DNA of 64,000 nt from the NCBI GenBank assembly GCA_963833095.1, contig CAWHWQ010000001.1:448001-512000 (forward strand), read 5' to 3'. A program made the position numbers and the translations under genes. The notes under the pieces are model-generated. The model saw only the letters and a program-made list of their open reading frames with translations. It was not told where the DNA came from and ran no database searches. This DNA is from Vulcanimicrobiota bacterium (GTDB lineage: Bacteria > Vulcanimicrobiota > Vulcanimicrobiia > Vulcanimicrobiales > Vulcanimicrobiaceae). Below, piece by piece: positions 10,148 to 19,790 of the stretch (positions are counted from its first letter, which is position 1; each line of letters starts with the position of its first letter).

Positions 10148-11058
10148 TCGAACTTCCCGAACGAACCCGCCGTATTTCTCCGTCTCGTCTTCACGAGATA
10201 CTGCTTGCGCACGATTGTAAGAGTCTGGTCGACCCGTTTATGGGCCTTCCAACCCACTTGAACTATCTCAAGCGCCACGGCATAGCCGTGCATGGCGGTG
10301 ACTTGCTTGAGTGGTTCGTGCGCGTCGGCGAAGGCTTAATCGTCAACGATCTCACGTATCTGCGCGACGCCGAAGTCGCGGAGATCGTCGAGATGTTACC
10401 CGGGCGCATCTACTCGATCGATCTTTTCAAGGCCTGGGAAGGCGTCTTTTTCAGCGAAGAGCAGTGCATGTATTTAGGCGTCTGGCACGATAACGTGCGC
10501 AACCTGCGCAGCGATCAGCAGACGGGCCTCGCGATCCTGGGGTTGTGGCGCGCCTTCTGTTATTGGATGCAAAAGACGCAATCGCCCGACGATATGCAGG
10601 ATACGCCGCCAAGCGAACTCGCGTGGTCCTACATCCGCCAGACCGAGCAGTGGGTCACGTCAAACATGCGCCGCAATACCGTGCGCCAAGGTGATGTGCT
10701 GGCGACGATGGGCGCGCGCAGCGCTGACGCGCTCTTCCTTGCGCCTCCACCGCGCAATTCATTTCGTAGCGCAGACGCGCGCATTTGGATGTGGGAAGCT
10801 TGGTGGCAGGGTAATCCGTATTTTACGATCGAGCACGCCTATCGCGATTCACTCCTGGGCGCTCGAGCGGCCGATGCCGCGGCGTATGCACGGGCGGTAG
10901 CGACCATTCTTGCGAATGCCGACCCCTATCCCGTGGTCATCATGCAAACAACCGAGCAGCGAATCGGCGACCTCGAGCCGCTCGTTCGAGACGCGCGCGC
11001 AAACGTCACCACGATCGCCCCGCATCCCTACGAGATCTATCTCGTCGCGACGAAATAA
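10144..11058 (+). CDS. Degenerate N6-adenine DNA methyltransferase-like protein
   Basis: Motif-I-like LVDPFMG...LKRHGIAVHGGD; the motif IV position reads DALFLAPPP instead of DPPY; ATGA overlap with the upstream gene. Confidence 0.6.
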   Translation: MIELPERTRRISPSRLHEILLAHDCKSLVDPFMGLPTHLNYLKRHGIAVHGGDLLEWFVRVGEGLIVNDLTYLRDAEVAEIVEMLPGRIYSIDLFKAWEGVFFSEEQCMYLGVWHDNVRNLRSDQQTGLAILGLWRAFCYWMQKTQSPDDMQDTPPSELAWSYIRQTEQWVTSNMRRNTVRQGDVLATMGARSADALFLAPPPRNSFRSADARIWMWEAWWQGNPYFTIEHAYRDSLLGARAADAAAYARAVATILANADPYPVVIMQTTEQRIGDLEPLVRDARANVTTIAPHPYEIYLVATK

Positions 11059-11083
11059 CAGAATTCAGCTTCGCTGAATCTGT
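11058..11083. terminator. Hairpin between convergent genes
   Basis: ACAG(A)ATTCAGC-TTC-GCTGAAT-CTGT inverted repeat; no clear U-tract. Confidence 0.45.
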
Positions 11084-11114
11084 GGCGTTCGGCCTCCGGC
11101 CGATCCGCTGCGTT

Positions 11115-11306
11115 TCATCGAACTGTATTGCTCTGGAAGCGATACCATATCAGGCAGAGCAGCGCAAGCACCCAGCAAATGACCAAATGCGACACGTGGT
11201 GCGAGTGCTCGGTTCCGGATTTGGTCATGAAGTTGATGGTGCCGAGGCCGTAAAGCGCACCCAGCACGAAGAATGCGAGCGCGAGCAGCAGGGCGAGCGG
11301 TTTCAT
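11115..11306 (-). CDS. Small two-TM membrane protein
   Basis: 63 aa, two hydrophobic segments, ATGA-coupled to uppP. Confidence 0.65.
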   Translation of the reverse strand: MKPLALLLALAFFVLGALYGLGTINFMTKSGTEHSHHVSHLVICWVLALLCLIWYRFQSNTVR

Positions 11307-12163
11307 GAAAGCAGACCTCGTTTACTCAAGATATAGCAGCATACGCCGACGATCAGACAATACCAGCCGAACGGGCGTAGATCGTTCGACTTGAAGTAAC
11401 GCATGAGAAACGCGACCGAGAGATAGGCGGCGACGGCAGCCACAACGCCGCCAAGGAGCGCCTGCAAGAATACGACATGTGCGCCCGGCGCGATGAGATA
11501 TCTGGTTTCGAGCAGCGCCGCTGCGAAGATCACCGGCGTTGCCAGCAGGAACGAGAATTCGGCAGCGTCCTCGTGATCGAGATCGCATAAGAGTCCAGCG
11601 ACCATCGATGCCCCCGAGCGCGAGATGCCGGGAAGGAGCGCAAAGCTCTGCGCGAATCCCACCAGCACGCTTTGGGCAAAGCTCAGCTGCTCGATCGCTT
11701 TATCGGCGCGCGCCGGGTTGGCAAGCTGCCGCCGGCGCAGCGCCTCGCCCGCGAACATAACGAGGCCGTTGAGGGCGAGAAAGAGCGCGACCGGTGCCGG
11801 CGAGCCGAAGAGCGCGCGCACGGGTTCCTCGAGGAGCACGCCCAGCACACCCACCGGAATCGTTCCTACGACCAGAAGCCAACCAATCCGCTCGTCGCGG
11901 TCGTCAGACAACCGCCCCCGAACGACGCTTGCCACCAGCGCTCGAACGATCGCCCACCATCGCGCACGATAATACACGATAAGTGCAACGGCCGTTCCGA
12001 GATGCAGCACGACCACAAACGCGAGGAATGTCGGATTGGCGCGATCGATATTCGTCCAGTGTAAAAGCGCCGGCACGAGAATCGTATGGCCAAGGCTCGA
12101 GACGGGAAACAGTTCGCTGACGCCTTGGAGCAGCGCGAGGATCAGCGCTTGGATATCGGTCAC
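11303..12163 (-). CDS. uppP: Undecaprenyl-diphosphatase
   Basis: QGVSELFPVSSLGH, ALLPGISRSG, AAEFSFLLATP. Confidence 0.93.
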   Translation of the reverse strand: MTDIQALILALLQGVSELFPVSSLGHTILVPALLHWTNIDRANPTFLAFVVVLHLGTAVALIVYYRARWWAIVRALVASVVRGRLSDDRDERIGWLLVVGTIPVGVLGVLLEEPVRALFGSPAPVALFLALNGLVMFAGEALRRRQLANPARADKAIEQLSFAQSVLVGFAQSFALLPGISRSGASMVAGLLCDLDHEDAAEFSFLLATPVIFAAALLETRYLIAPGAHVVFLQALLGGVVAAVAAYLSVAFLMRYFKSNDLRPFGWYCLIVGVCCYILSKRGLLS

Positions 12164-12249
12164 GGAGCACTCTGGTACGCCCCACAGCCGAAGTGCGCCT
12201 CCCACGCATGGAGGATTGCCTATGCAAGCAGCCTAAGGCGCGTAGGGCA

Positions 12250-12636
12250 GTGGATCAGCACGAAGAAAGCCGTGCCTTCGAGCCGCAAGAGCGCAAATTC
12301 GCTCGTGTTGGTGACACACTGCTCGTGTCTTACAGCATCGGCGACGACTTTGCGCCCGAGTTCACCGAAACGTATGATATCGCCCTCGGCGGCATGGCCA
12401 TGCTTACCAATGCCGAGCTCATCCGTGAGGATCCGATCGACGTGCAGATCGAGCTGCGCAGCGATCCCGAACCGGTCTTGCACGTGCGCGGCGTCGTGCG
12501 CTGGTCGCGCTACGATCCGCTGTTGCAGCGCTATCGCACCGGCATCGCCTTCCTCGACGTCGATGAGAAGACACGCATGCATCTCCAACGCTACATCGAC
12601 ACGCTCCACCTACTCCGCGACATGGGGATGCTTTAG
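12250..12636 (+). CDS. Stand-alone PilZ domain protein
   Basis: RxxxR (RKFAR), DIALGG, GVVRW, TGIAF. Confidence 0.8.
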   Translation: MDQHEESRAFEPQERKFARVGDTLLVSYSIGDDFAPEFTETYDIALGGMAMLTNAELIREDPIDVQIELRSDPEPVLHVRGVVRWSRYDPLLQRYRTGIAFLDVDEKTRMHLQRYIDTLHLLRDMGML

Positions 12637-12701
12637 CGCGAGCGAAGCCGCGCGTCCTCGTCGCTCGGACAATCGTTCGGGTCGATCGTCGAACGCGGCC
12701 C

Positions 12702-13319
12702 TTACCAGGCGACAAATCTCACCGCGTAGGTGTAGTCCGCCAGCACGGCTTTGCAAGCATGCGTCGCGGGCGCATATTGTGCGCCGCGTGCCATGGCCAT
12801 TGCAACTTGATCCAACGAGGCGCTTCCGCTCGACGCGACCACTGTCGTGCTCTCGACGCCGCCGTTCGGATCGACGATCACACGAACTTGCGCCGTTCCG
12901 CTCACCCGGTCCGCACGCGCGCCGGATGCAATTTCCGGCGGAGGCGGCGATGCGATGATTTGTACCGGCGTGTCGCTCGTCGCGCAATTCGGCGTTGCCG
13001 TCGCCGCGGGAGTCGGCGAGGCAGGCGTTTCCGTCGCGGCAGTGACGATGCGTCCTTGCGTCAGGGACGACTTCGGATTCACCGCGGTAGCTTTGGCCAC
13101 GTGCACGGGAACGCGTCGCGGCGGTGCTGGTGCCGGCGTATGCGGCGGCGGCGTCGCGTGCGCGATGCGCGTAGTATGGAGGTGCTCGATGCTTACGATC
13201 TGCACGTCGTCGCTCGAACGGCGAAACGGCCAGCGAATGATACCGGTGAGGATCAGGTGGATGAGCAACGATAAAGCGAACGCGACGATAAGAAACCGCC
13301 GCGTCCGTTTATCATCCAT
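12702..13319 (-). CDS. TonB-family energy transducer
   Basis: N-terminal TM with SxxxH, Pro-rich linker, TonB C-domain (VRVIVDPNG...SSGSASLDQVA). Confidence 0.8.
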   Translation of the reverse strand: MDDKRTRRFLIVAFALSLLIHLILTGIIRWPFRRSSDDVQIVSIEHLHTTRIAHATPPPHTPAPAPPRRVPVHVAKATAVNPKSSLTQGRIVTAATETPASPTPAATATPNCATSDTPVQIIASPPPPEIASGARADRVSGTAQVRVIVDPNGGVESTTVVASSGSASLDQVAMAMARGAQYAPATHACKAVLADYTYAVRFVAW

Positions 13320-13417
13320 TGTCCAGTTTTTCGATTTCGAAGACGAGGTACCCGCACGAAGCGGGTGAAGGTTCGGAGCACAGGATGTGCGTCCGGCCAC
13401 GGGCCGGCCGAACCGTC

Positions 13418-14137
13418 TTAGTCGGGATTAAACTCCGCTCGAAAGAGATACGAGCCGGTCGTCGGCGCGCAATTTACGAGCTTGGGCGCATACTGCGACT
13501 GCCGCGCGGCGCGAATCGCCGCCTGATCGATCGCGCTGTTATGAGATGACTGCTGGATCGAGGCTTCCACCAATGCGCCGGTGGGACCAATCGTCACCTC
13601 GACCAGAACGGTCACTGGACCCAGTCCCAAGTCGCGCGCGGAATCCGGATAGTCAGGCGACATCGCCTGGGTTACCGTCGCTTCCTGATTTGGATTCGCA
13701 CACGCGGGCTTTTCCGTCGGGGCGGGCGTTGCGTTCGTGGGCGGACCCGTGCTCGTACCCGCGGGCACACCGTTTTCCGATCCCTTGTTGACGTTGTAGG
13801 TCTGCTCGTTGCTCGTCGTGCTCGTGTCGTTCGTCGTCTTGGGCACGTTGACTTTGAGCTTGGGCTGCGGCGCCGTGTGATGCGGCGGTGGTGTTTGCTG
13901 CGGCGGCGGCGTCGGCGTCGGTGGGGGCGTCGGGGTCGGCGGTGGCGGGGTGGGGACCCTGACCTGCACCTTCTTGGTCTCGCTTATCTTCTCGACTTCG
14001 TCGCTCGAATGATGCGACGCGAGGTTGGGATAGAGCGGCGCGGCCAGACCGTTGACGAGGATAGACAACAGAAAAGCAAGCCCCAGATAGTTCCGGATGC
14101 GCTCGCCCGAAGTGATGTACGTTTTTTCTTTCGCCAT
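13418..14137 (-). CDS. tonB: TonB-family energy transducer
   Basis: TM anchor, PTPPPTPTP linker, PDYPDSAR...SSHNSAIDQAAIRAA. Confidence 0.82.
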   Translation of the reverse strand: MAKEKTYITSGERIRNYLGLAFLLSILVNGLAAPLYPNLASHHSSDEVEKISETKKVQVRVPTPPPPTPTPPPTPTPPPQQTPPPHHTAPQPKLKVNVPKTTNDTSTTSNEQTYNVNKGSENGVPAGTSTGPPTNATPAPTEKPACANPNQEATVTQAMSPDYPDSARDLGLGPVTVLVEVTIGPTGALVEASIQQSSHNSAIDQAAIRAARQSQYAPKLVNCAPTTGSYLFRAEFNPD

Positions 14138-14140
14138 CCG

Positions 14141-14566
14141 TTACGAACTTTGCCCCTGCGGAGTGCCTTCGATGTGGTTCGCAAGGCCAAAGTCGATCAA
14201 ACCCGACGACTTGGCAGCATCCATCACTTGTAGGATGGTTCCATAGTTGGCTTTCGGGTCGGCTTTGATGATCACGCTGCGAAACTTATGCCCGGTATTG
14301 TCCTGCAGCGTCTCAAATGCATCGTGCGCCTGCGAGATCGGCACCGTGTTGGATCCGATTTGGATATTGTTCTTTTCGTCGATGATCACGACGATCTGCG
14401 AGGGCTGCACCTTGTCCTTGTTACGGGCATCGGGCAGCTTCGGCTCTTTCGTAACCGAGGCAAGAATGATGAAGATAATGAGGAGCACCAACAACACGTC
14501 CGTAAACGGCGTGATGTTGATGGTCGACATCACATCATCTTCTCCCCCACCTGTCGAAACGGCCAC
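14141..14566 (-). CDS. exbD: ExbD/TolR family protein
   Basis: INITPFTDVLLVLLIIFII, IKADPKANYG. Confidence 0.9.
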   Translation of the reverse strand: MAVSTGGGEDDVMSTINITPFTDVLLVLLIIFIILASVTKEPKLPDARNKDKVQPSQIVVIIDEKNNIQIGSNTVPISQAHDAFETLQDNTGHKFRSVIIKADPKANYGTILQVMDAAKSSGLIDFGLANHIEGTPQGQSS

Positions 14567-14586
14567 GAGTCTTGTTAAACCTCCAC

Positions 14587-14997
14587 CTAGGACGTGACGA
14601 AACCGACGTCTTCGAGTCCGGCTTCCTTGGCAGCATCGAGAATGCGGATGATGACGCCGTAGGGCGCTTTCGTGTCCGCGGTGATCGAGACGTGCTTGTG
14701 CGGCCGCTTGATCGCGGTGATGGTCATCACCCGATAGATACCTTGCGAATCCGTCTTCGTTCCGTCGACGAAGATCACGCCCTTGTCGTTGACGATCACT
14801 TCGATATCATTCTTTTGCTGTTGCTGCGTATTGTTGTTATTGCTGTGGTTCGGAAGCTCTTTTTCGAAGCCGGGTGGCGTCACGAGAGCAGCCAGGATCA
14901 TGAAGATAATGAGCAGCACCAAAAGGACGTCGGTGAACGGCGTGATGTTGATCTCCGCCATGACGTCGGCCTCTTGTTGTGCCGAGAGCAGTGACAC
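14587..14997 (-). CDS. exbD: ExbD/TolR family protein
   Basis: EINITPFTDVLLVLLIIFM, TADTKAPYG. Confidence 0.9.
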   Translation of the reverse strand: MSLLSAQQEADVMAEINITPFTDVLLVLLIIFMILAALVTPPGFEKELPNHSNNNNTQQQQKNDIEVIVNDKGVIFVDGTKTDSQGIYRVMTITAIKRPHKHVSITADTKAPYGVIIRILDAAKEAGLEDVGFVTS

Positions 14998-15012
14998 GAC
15001 GCTACTCCGGGC

Positions 15013-15684
15013 TTACTTCGCGCCGGTTTGCGACGGCTGATACAGCTCGGTCGGGATCGGGGCGCCGGTGTTGTGGAAGTGAAGCATTTCGGCAAGCTGA
15101 TTCGCCGCAACGATCATCTCTTGGTTGTACGCCTTGATGCGCGACTTGAAGTAGTTGAAGAAGATCACGGCCACGATCGCGACCACGAGGCCCGCGAAGG
15201 TGGTGATCAGGGCTTCTGAAACGCCGCCGGCGACGACCGCTGGCGTCGAGTTCCCTTTGAGCGCGATATCTTCAAACGCGCGGATGATACCGAGCACCGT
15301 TCCGGACAGACCGATGAACGGCGCGATCACCGCGATCGTACCGATCACACCGAGGAAGCGCTCGAGTGAGTTCAGGTGCTCCATCAGCGCTATCGAGAGC
15401 GCGTCGGTGATGTCGGCGCGATTTTTCTCACCGCGGCGAAGCCCGAACTCGAGGATACGCGGAAGCATGCCTTTGTTGGCCTGGCAAATCTTGATTGCGC
15501 CGTCAAGATCGTCTGCGGCGATTTTGGCGCCGATTTGGCGCAGCAGACCTTTGGTATCGCTATGCTGCGACGCAAAAAAGATTAGTCGCTCGATCACGAT
15601 GGCGACCACAACGATTGACGCGATGAGCAGCATCCACATAACGGGACCGCCGCGATCCATCACGCTGATAAATCCGTCAAACAC
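15013..15684 (-). CDS. exbB: ExbB/TolQ/MotA proton channel
   Basis: IAPFIGLSGTVLGII, GGVSEALITTFAGL. Confidence 0.92.
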   Translation of the reverse strand: MFDGFISVMDRGGPVMWMLLIASIVVVAIVIERLIFFASQHSDTKGLLRQIGAKIAADDLDGAIKICQANKGMLPRILEFGLRRGEKNRADITDALSIALMEHLNSLERFLGVIGTIAVIAPFIGLSGTVLGIIRAFEDIALKGNSTPAVVAGGVSEALITTFAGLVVAIVAVIFFNYFKSRIKAYNQEMIVAANQLAEMLHFHNTGAPIPTELYQPSQTGAK

Positions 15685-15836
15685 GAGTTTCGAAACCCTC
15701 CCGGGTGTTCATGTAAAGTGCACTAGACAATGGAAAACACGGGCGGTGTGCCGCCCCGTGAGGGCGGACCATTGGCCTACCCTCCTGGAAAGTCCTGGTA
15801 CGTTCTGTACCGGGTGCTTGGATAGTCAACGGCTTC

Positions 15837-17151
15837 TTATTGAGGAACGTTCTTAATCTGGCTTTCGATCTGCAAAGCAAGCCCCTCATTGCCGGCCGCC
15901 TTGGCCAATTGGTCAGATTTTTTCAGGTAGGTGAGCGCTTGCGTCTTATCGTCGGTCTTCTTGCTCGTTACGTAAATGTTGGCGTACGCCACCCCGGCTG
16001 CGAAATTTGCCTGTACGTCGTCGGGTGAGGCAGATACCGCCTTGAGCGCGTATTCCTTGGCCTTATCGTAGTCCGGCTTTTTCCCGCTCATGATTGCAAA
16101 CGCGGCAAACGTGTTCGCCGTGACCGCTTCAGGTGCGCTCCCCGCCGAGGCGGCCTGATCGAAGTCCTTGAGCGCGCCGGCGTAGTCTGCTGCTTTCATC
16201 GCATCGTTCCCGGCCGCTAGGTAGTGCTGAGCGATTGCCCGCTGAGCGCCGGTGCCGCTCGGGTCGAGCGACTTCATCTCATTCGCCGTAGCCTGAGCGT
16301 CGGCTGAGTCGTTGGTCGCGAGATAACCCTGCAGCAGCTCGGTGTCGATGTTCAATCGCGCCGCCTTGTCGGTCACTTGGTCGTGGACGCTCTTGAGCGT
16401 CGCAAGCGCATCGGGATACTGCTTATTCGCAAGCTCCGCCACGCCCAGCGCGAACTTCGAGGTGTTGTCGCCGGAGAGCGCCATGGCCTTGTGCGCAAAA
16501 TCGAGCGATTGCGTCGGATCGGTGGAGGAGACTCGCACGGCGCCGGTAGCGAACGCCTGTGCGGCGATCGGCTGGAACGGCTTCTTGATGTCGTCGACCC
16601 GGTTGAACGTGGTTGCCGCTTCAACGTAATCATTGTCGTAGTACTGCGCTACGCCGAGTAGTTGCAACACCGCCGGGTTGCCGGGCGACGCGAGCAAGGC
16701 GGCATTGGCCTTGGCAATCGCGTCTTTGTATTTTCCTGAACGCACGAGCGCATCGATCGCCGCGGTGTCGCCGCCGCCGACTGGAGATCGCGTTCTCCTC
16801 AGGCGTCTGCGCCGACTTCCCGTTAAATCGCAGGCTAAAATCGTAAAAGGTCGTTATCGGCGTCGAGCCGCGCCGTGCGGGTCTATAGGTAGAGGTCTGC
16901 GCGATCTCCATCGCCGCGGCGTTATCGCCTGTGTTGTCGGACTTGAGGATCTTCACGACCTTGTGCGTGCCGTCGGCGTTGACTTGCACCTGGACCAGGA
17001 CGGTTCCCGAGCCCGCAATCGGCTGCGTCGTCGTCCCTTGTTTAATGACTTTGGCGATCGAGTAGTCTTGGGATTGCGCAAAGGCCGGCGCTGCGGCGAC
17101 TGCGATTGTCAGCGCCGAGAAGCCGGCGACGATTCGAGAGATTCGATTCAT
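15837..17151 (-). CDS. Secreted TonB-C domain + TPR protein (indel near 16780)
   Basis: Signal peptide ending AFA, TonB_C-like GTVLVQVQVNADG, then a TPR-like helical ORF in the next frame. Confidence 0.7.
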
Positions 17152-17163
17152 GAGGTACCTCAA

Positions 17164-17931
17164 CTACGTAGAGCTATGCTTCCCATCCTGGGAAGCAACG
17201 CGCCGGAGTGCGGAAAGTTCCTTGGGAGTCAGCGAGCGCGAGTGGCCGACCGGGAGATCGCCCAAGGCAATGGGGCCGAAACGCAGCCGAACGAGCGTTT
17301 GCACGGGATGACCTAGCGCCTCAAACATCCGGCGCACCTGACGATTGCGGCCTTCGTGAATGGTGATGTCGACGACCGAGGATCCCGAACGGACTGCGAC
17401 CACGCGTACCTGCGCTCCCGCCGCGTGCTCGCCGCCATCCAGGACGACGCCGTCATGGACCCGTTTGACATCTTCGGGGGAGAGCCGGCCGCCAATCGTT
17501 GCGCGATAGGTCTTTTCGACACCGAAGCGCGGGTGCAAAAGCCGATTCGCGAGATCGCCGTCGTTCGTCATAAGCAATACGCCGGCCGTATCGTAGTCGA
17601 GCCGGCCGACCGGCACAACGCGCGGCATGCGCTTGGGGATCAGGTCGGCCACCGTTCGCCGTCCTTGCGGATCGCGCATGGTCGTCATGACGCCCGCCGG
17701 CTTGTGCACCACCAGATATTCGGTCTGCTCCATCGCCGAGATAGGCGTTCCGCTCACGTCGACTTTATCGCCGGGGGCGACCATCGTACCCAATTCGCGC
17801 ACGACCTTGCCATTGATACGCACCTTGCCGTACGCGATCAATTCATCGGCGCGCCGGCGCGATGCCACGCCGGCCTGCGCGATGTATTTGTTGAGGCGCG
17901 TGCCGTCACCCACGATCCTGGAGTCCTTCAT
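17164..17931 (-). CDS. rluB: rRNA pseudouridine synthase (RluB/RsuA family)
   Basis: S4 domain RLNKYIAQAGVASRRRAD, catalytic GRLD, EGRNRQVRRM. Confidence 0.88.
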   Translation of the reverse strand: MKDSRIVGDGTRLNKYIAQAGVASRRRADELIAYGKVRINGKVVRELGTMVAPGDKVDVSGTPISAMEQTEYLVVHKPAGVMTTMRDPQGRRTVADLIPKRMPRVVPVGRLDYDTAGVLLMTNDGDLANRLLHPRFGVEKTYRATIGGRLSPEDVKRVHDGVVLDGGEHAAGAQVRVVAVRSGSSVVDITIHEGRNRQVRRMFEALGHPVQTLVRLRFGPIALGDLPVGHSRSLTPKELSALRRVASQDGKHSST

Positions 17932-18094
17932 CGGCGCGGAGCCTGTCTCGGGTCATTTTTGCGGCTTCTTCTTCGCTCAGCGATCGTCCGCGGAAGAATA
18001 CAGAACCCGAACCGGCGGATGGCCGGTTCGGGCCCTGACGTAGATAGGCGATGAGCGCGAAGCAGACGATCGCTATTGCAATAAGAACGATCAT
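17906..18094 (-). CDS. Small membrane-anchored hypothetical protein
   Basis: 62 aa ORF filling the rho-rluB gap, hydrophobic N-terminus. Confidence 0.45.
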   Translation of the reverse strand: MIVLIAIAIVCFALIAYLRQGPNRPSAGSGSVFFRGRSLSEEEAAKMTRDRLRADEGLQDRG

Positions 18095-18108
18095 CGAGTT
18101 AACGAGGG

Positions 18109-19563
18109 TTAATATTTACTGCTGCTGTTGCCGTTGTTGTCGTCATAGCCGCGAGACATCGAGAGTGCCTCTTTGGTGACCGACTGCAAGAACTCGTCGT
18201 TCGTGCGCGTCTGGGCCATCTTATCGAGGATGATCTCGGTGATATCTCCGGTGTTGAGAACCGACGTGGCGCGGCGAAGCATCCAGATCTTGCGCATCTC
18301 TTCGGTCGTAAGCAGCAACTCTTCGTGTCGCGTGCCCGAACGCTTGATGTCGATTGCCGGGAACACGCGCGACTCGGCGAGTTTACGCGTGAGGTTGAGC
18401 TCCATGTTGCCCGTGCCTTTGAACTCTTCGAAGATCACGTCATCCATCTTGGATCCGGTTTCGATGAGCGCCGTGGCAATGATCGTGAGCGATCCGCCTT
18501 CTTCGATTTTGCGCGCAGCGCCGAAGAAGCGTTTGGGTTTGTGGAGCGACGCGGTATCGAGACCACCCGAAAGCGTTCGGCCCGAACTCGCGACGACTTG
18601 ATTGTAGGCGCGAGCGAGGCGTGTGATCGAGTCGAGGAGGATCACGACGTCTTTGCCGAGTTCCACCAAGCGTTTTGCGCGCTCCATCGTCAGTTCGGCG
18701 ACGGCGGTGTGATTCTCGGGATGCTCGTCGAAGGTCGATGCGACGACTTCGCCGTCGACCGTGCGCTGCATATCAGTAACTTCTTCCGGCCGTTCGTCCA
18801 CGAGTAGCGCAATGATATGCGCATCGGGATGATTGATCGAAATGGAATTGGCGATGTTCTTAAGCAGCGTGGTCTTGCCGGCTTTGGGCGGCGAGACGAT
18901 CAGCGCGCGTTGACCCTTACCGATCGGGCAGAACAGATCGATGACGCGAGTCGAGAGCTGCGTCGCTCGAACCTCAAGCTTAAAGCGCTCGTTCGGATAT
19001 ATCGGCGTGCCTTTTTCGAAAAGGCGCCGGCCCTTGATCGCTTCGGGGTCGAGATCGTTGACACGATCGACGCGAATGAGGCCGTAATACTTCTCGCTCT
19101 CTTTGGGGCGGCGTACTTGGCCTTCGACCATGTCGCCGCGGCGCAGCTCGAAGCGCCGAATTTGCGACTGGCTCACGTAGATATCGTCGTTGCCGATGAT
19201 ATAACCGCCGCGTCGCAAGAAGCCGTAGCCCTCGGGAAGGACGTCGAGGATCCCGCTAGCCATCTCCATGCCCGAGCGCTGTTGCTGGGTGGCGAGGATC
19301 GCGGCGATGATCTCGTCTTTCTTCATGGTCGTCGGATTGCCGAGCGCGATTTCATTTTGCTCGGCGATCTCGACCAGTTCAGCCTTCTTCTTATCTTCGA
19401 GATCGGCTGCGGTCAAAAGCGGCGGCCCAGTTTCCGCTTGAGGAAACTGTTCGTTGTGTTGTTGAAATTGCGGGTTGAACCCGTGGCGGCGGCGCGAACG
19501 GCGGCGACGTCCGCCACCCTGCTGCCCATTGTTATTGTTGTTGGGGCGATGTTCCGTTTGCAG
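18109..19563 (-). CDS. rho: Transcription termination factor Rho with N/Q/G/R-rich N-terminal extension; probable CTG start
   Basis: GYGFLR, SPPKAGKT, DERPEEVTDM, EEFKGTGNMEL; the frame stays open upstream of TTG 19416 until TGA 19612-14. Confidence 0.95.
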   Translation of the reverse strand: MQTEHRPNNNNNGQQGGGRRRRSRRRHGFNPQFQQHNEQFPQAETGPPLLTAADLEDKKKAELVEIAEQNEIALGNPTTMKKDEIIAAILATQQQRSGMEMASGILDVLPEGYGFLRRGGYIIGNDDIYVSQSQIRRFELRRGDMVEGQVRRPKESEKYYGLIRVDRVNDLDPEAIKGRRLFEKGTPIYPNERFKLEVRATQLSTRVIDLFCPIGKGQRALIVSPPKAGKTTLLKNIANSISINHPDAHIIALLVDERPEEVTDMQRTVDGEVVASTFDEHPENHTAVAELTMERAKRLVELGKDVVILLDSITRLARAYNQVVASSGRTLSGGLDTASLHKPKRFFGAARKIEEGGSLTIIATALIETGSKMDDVIFEEFKGTGNMELNLTRKLAESRVFPAIDIKRSGTRHEELLLTTEEMRKIWMLRRATSVLNTGDITEIILDKMAQTRTNDEFLQSVTKEALSMSRGYDDNNGNSSSKY

Positions 19564-19790
19564 AGGAGTGTTCTCTCTCGTAGAGTCGTACGCATGAACA
19601 ACGCGACGCTGTCACGGGCGAGGCTGCCACGCGAGCGTCGAGTCCGAGGTACGGGGGGGATTAAACGACCACACTATACCACAGGCCGGGGAAGCCGCAA
19701 TGTGCCCCGCCTCGTCGTCGGCTCGACCAGGCGTTATCGTCAAAGCGAAGCTCTCCCGGCTAGATCCGCGCAGATTCGCTCGCCTAGTCA

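Noticed and set aside
10144..11058. Active restriction-modification system
   Set aside because: Catalytic DPPY-type motif is missing and there is no adjacent nuclease
13860..13960. Short tandem repeats as an array
   Set aside because: They encode the Pro/Thr linker of TonB; no CRISPR-like repeat-spacer array or cas gene was seen in the window
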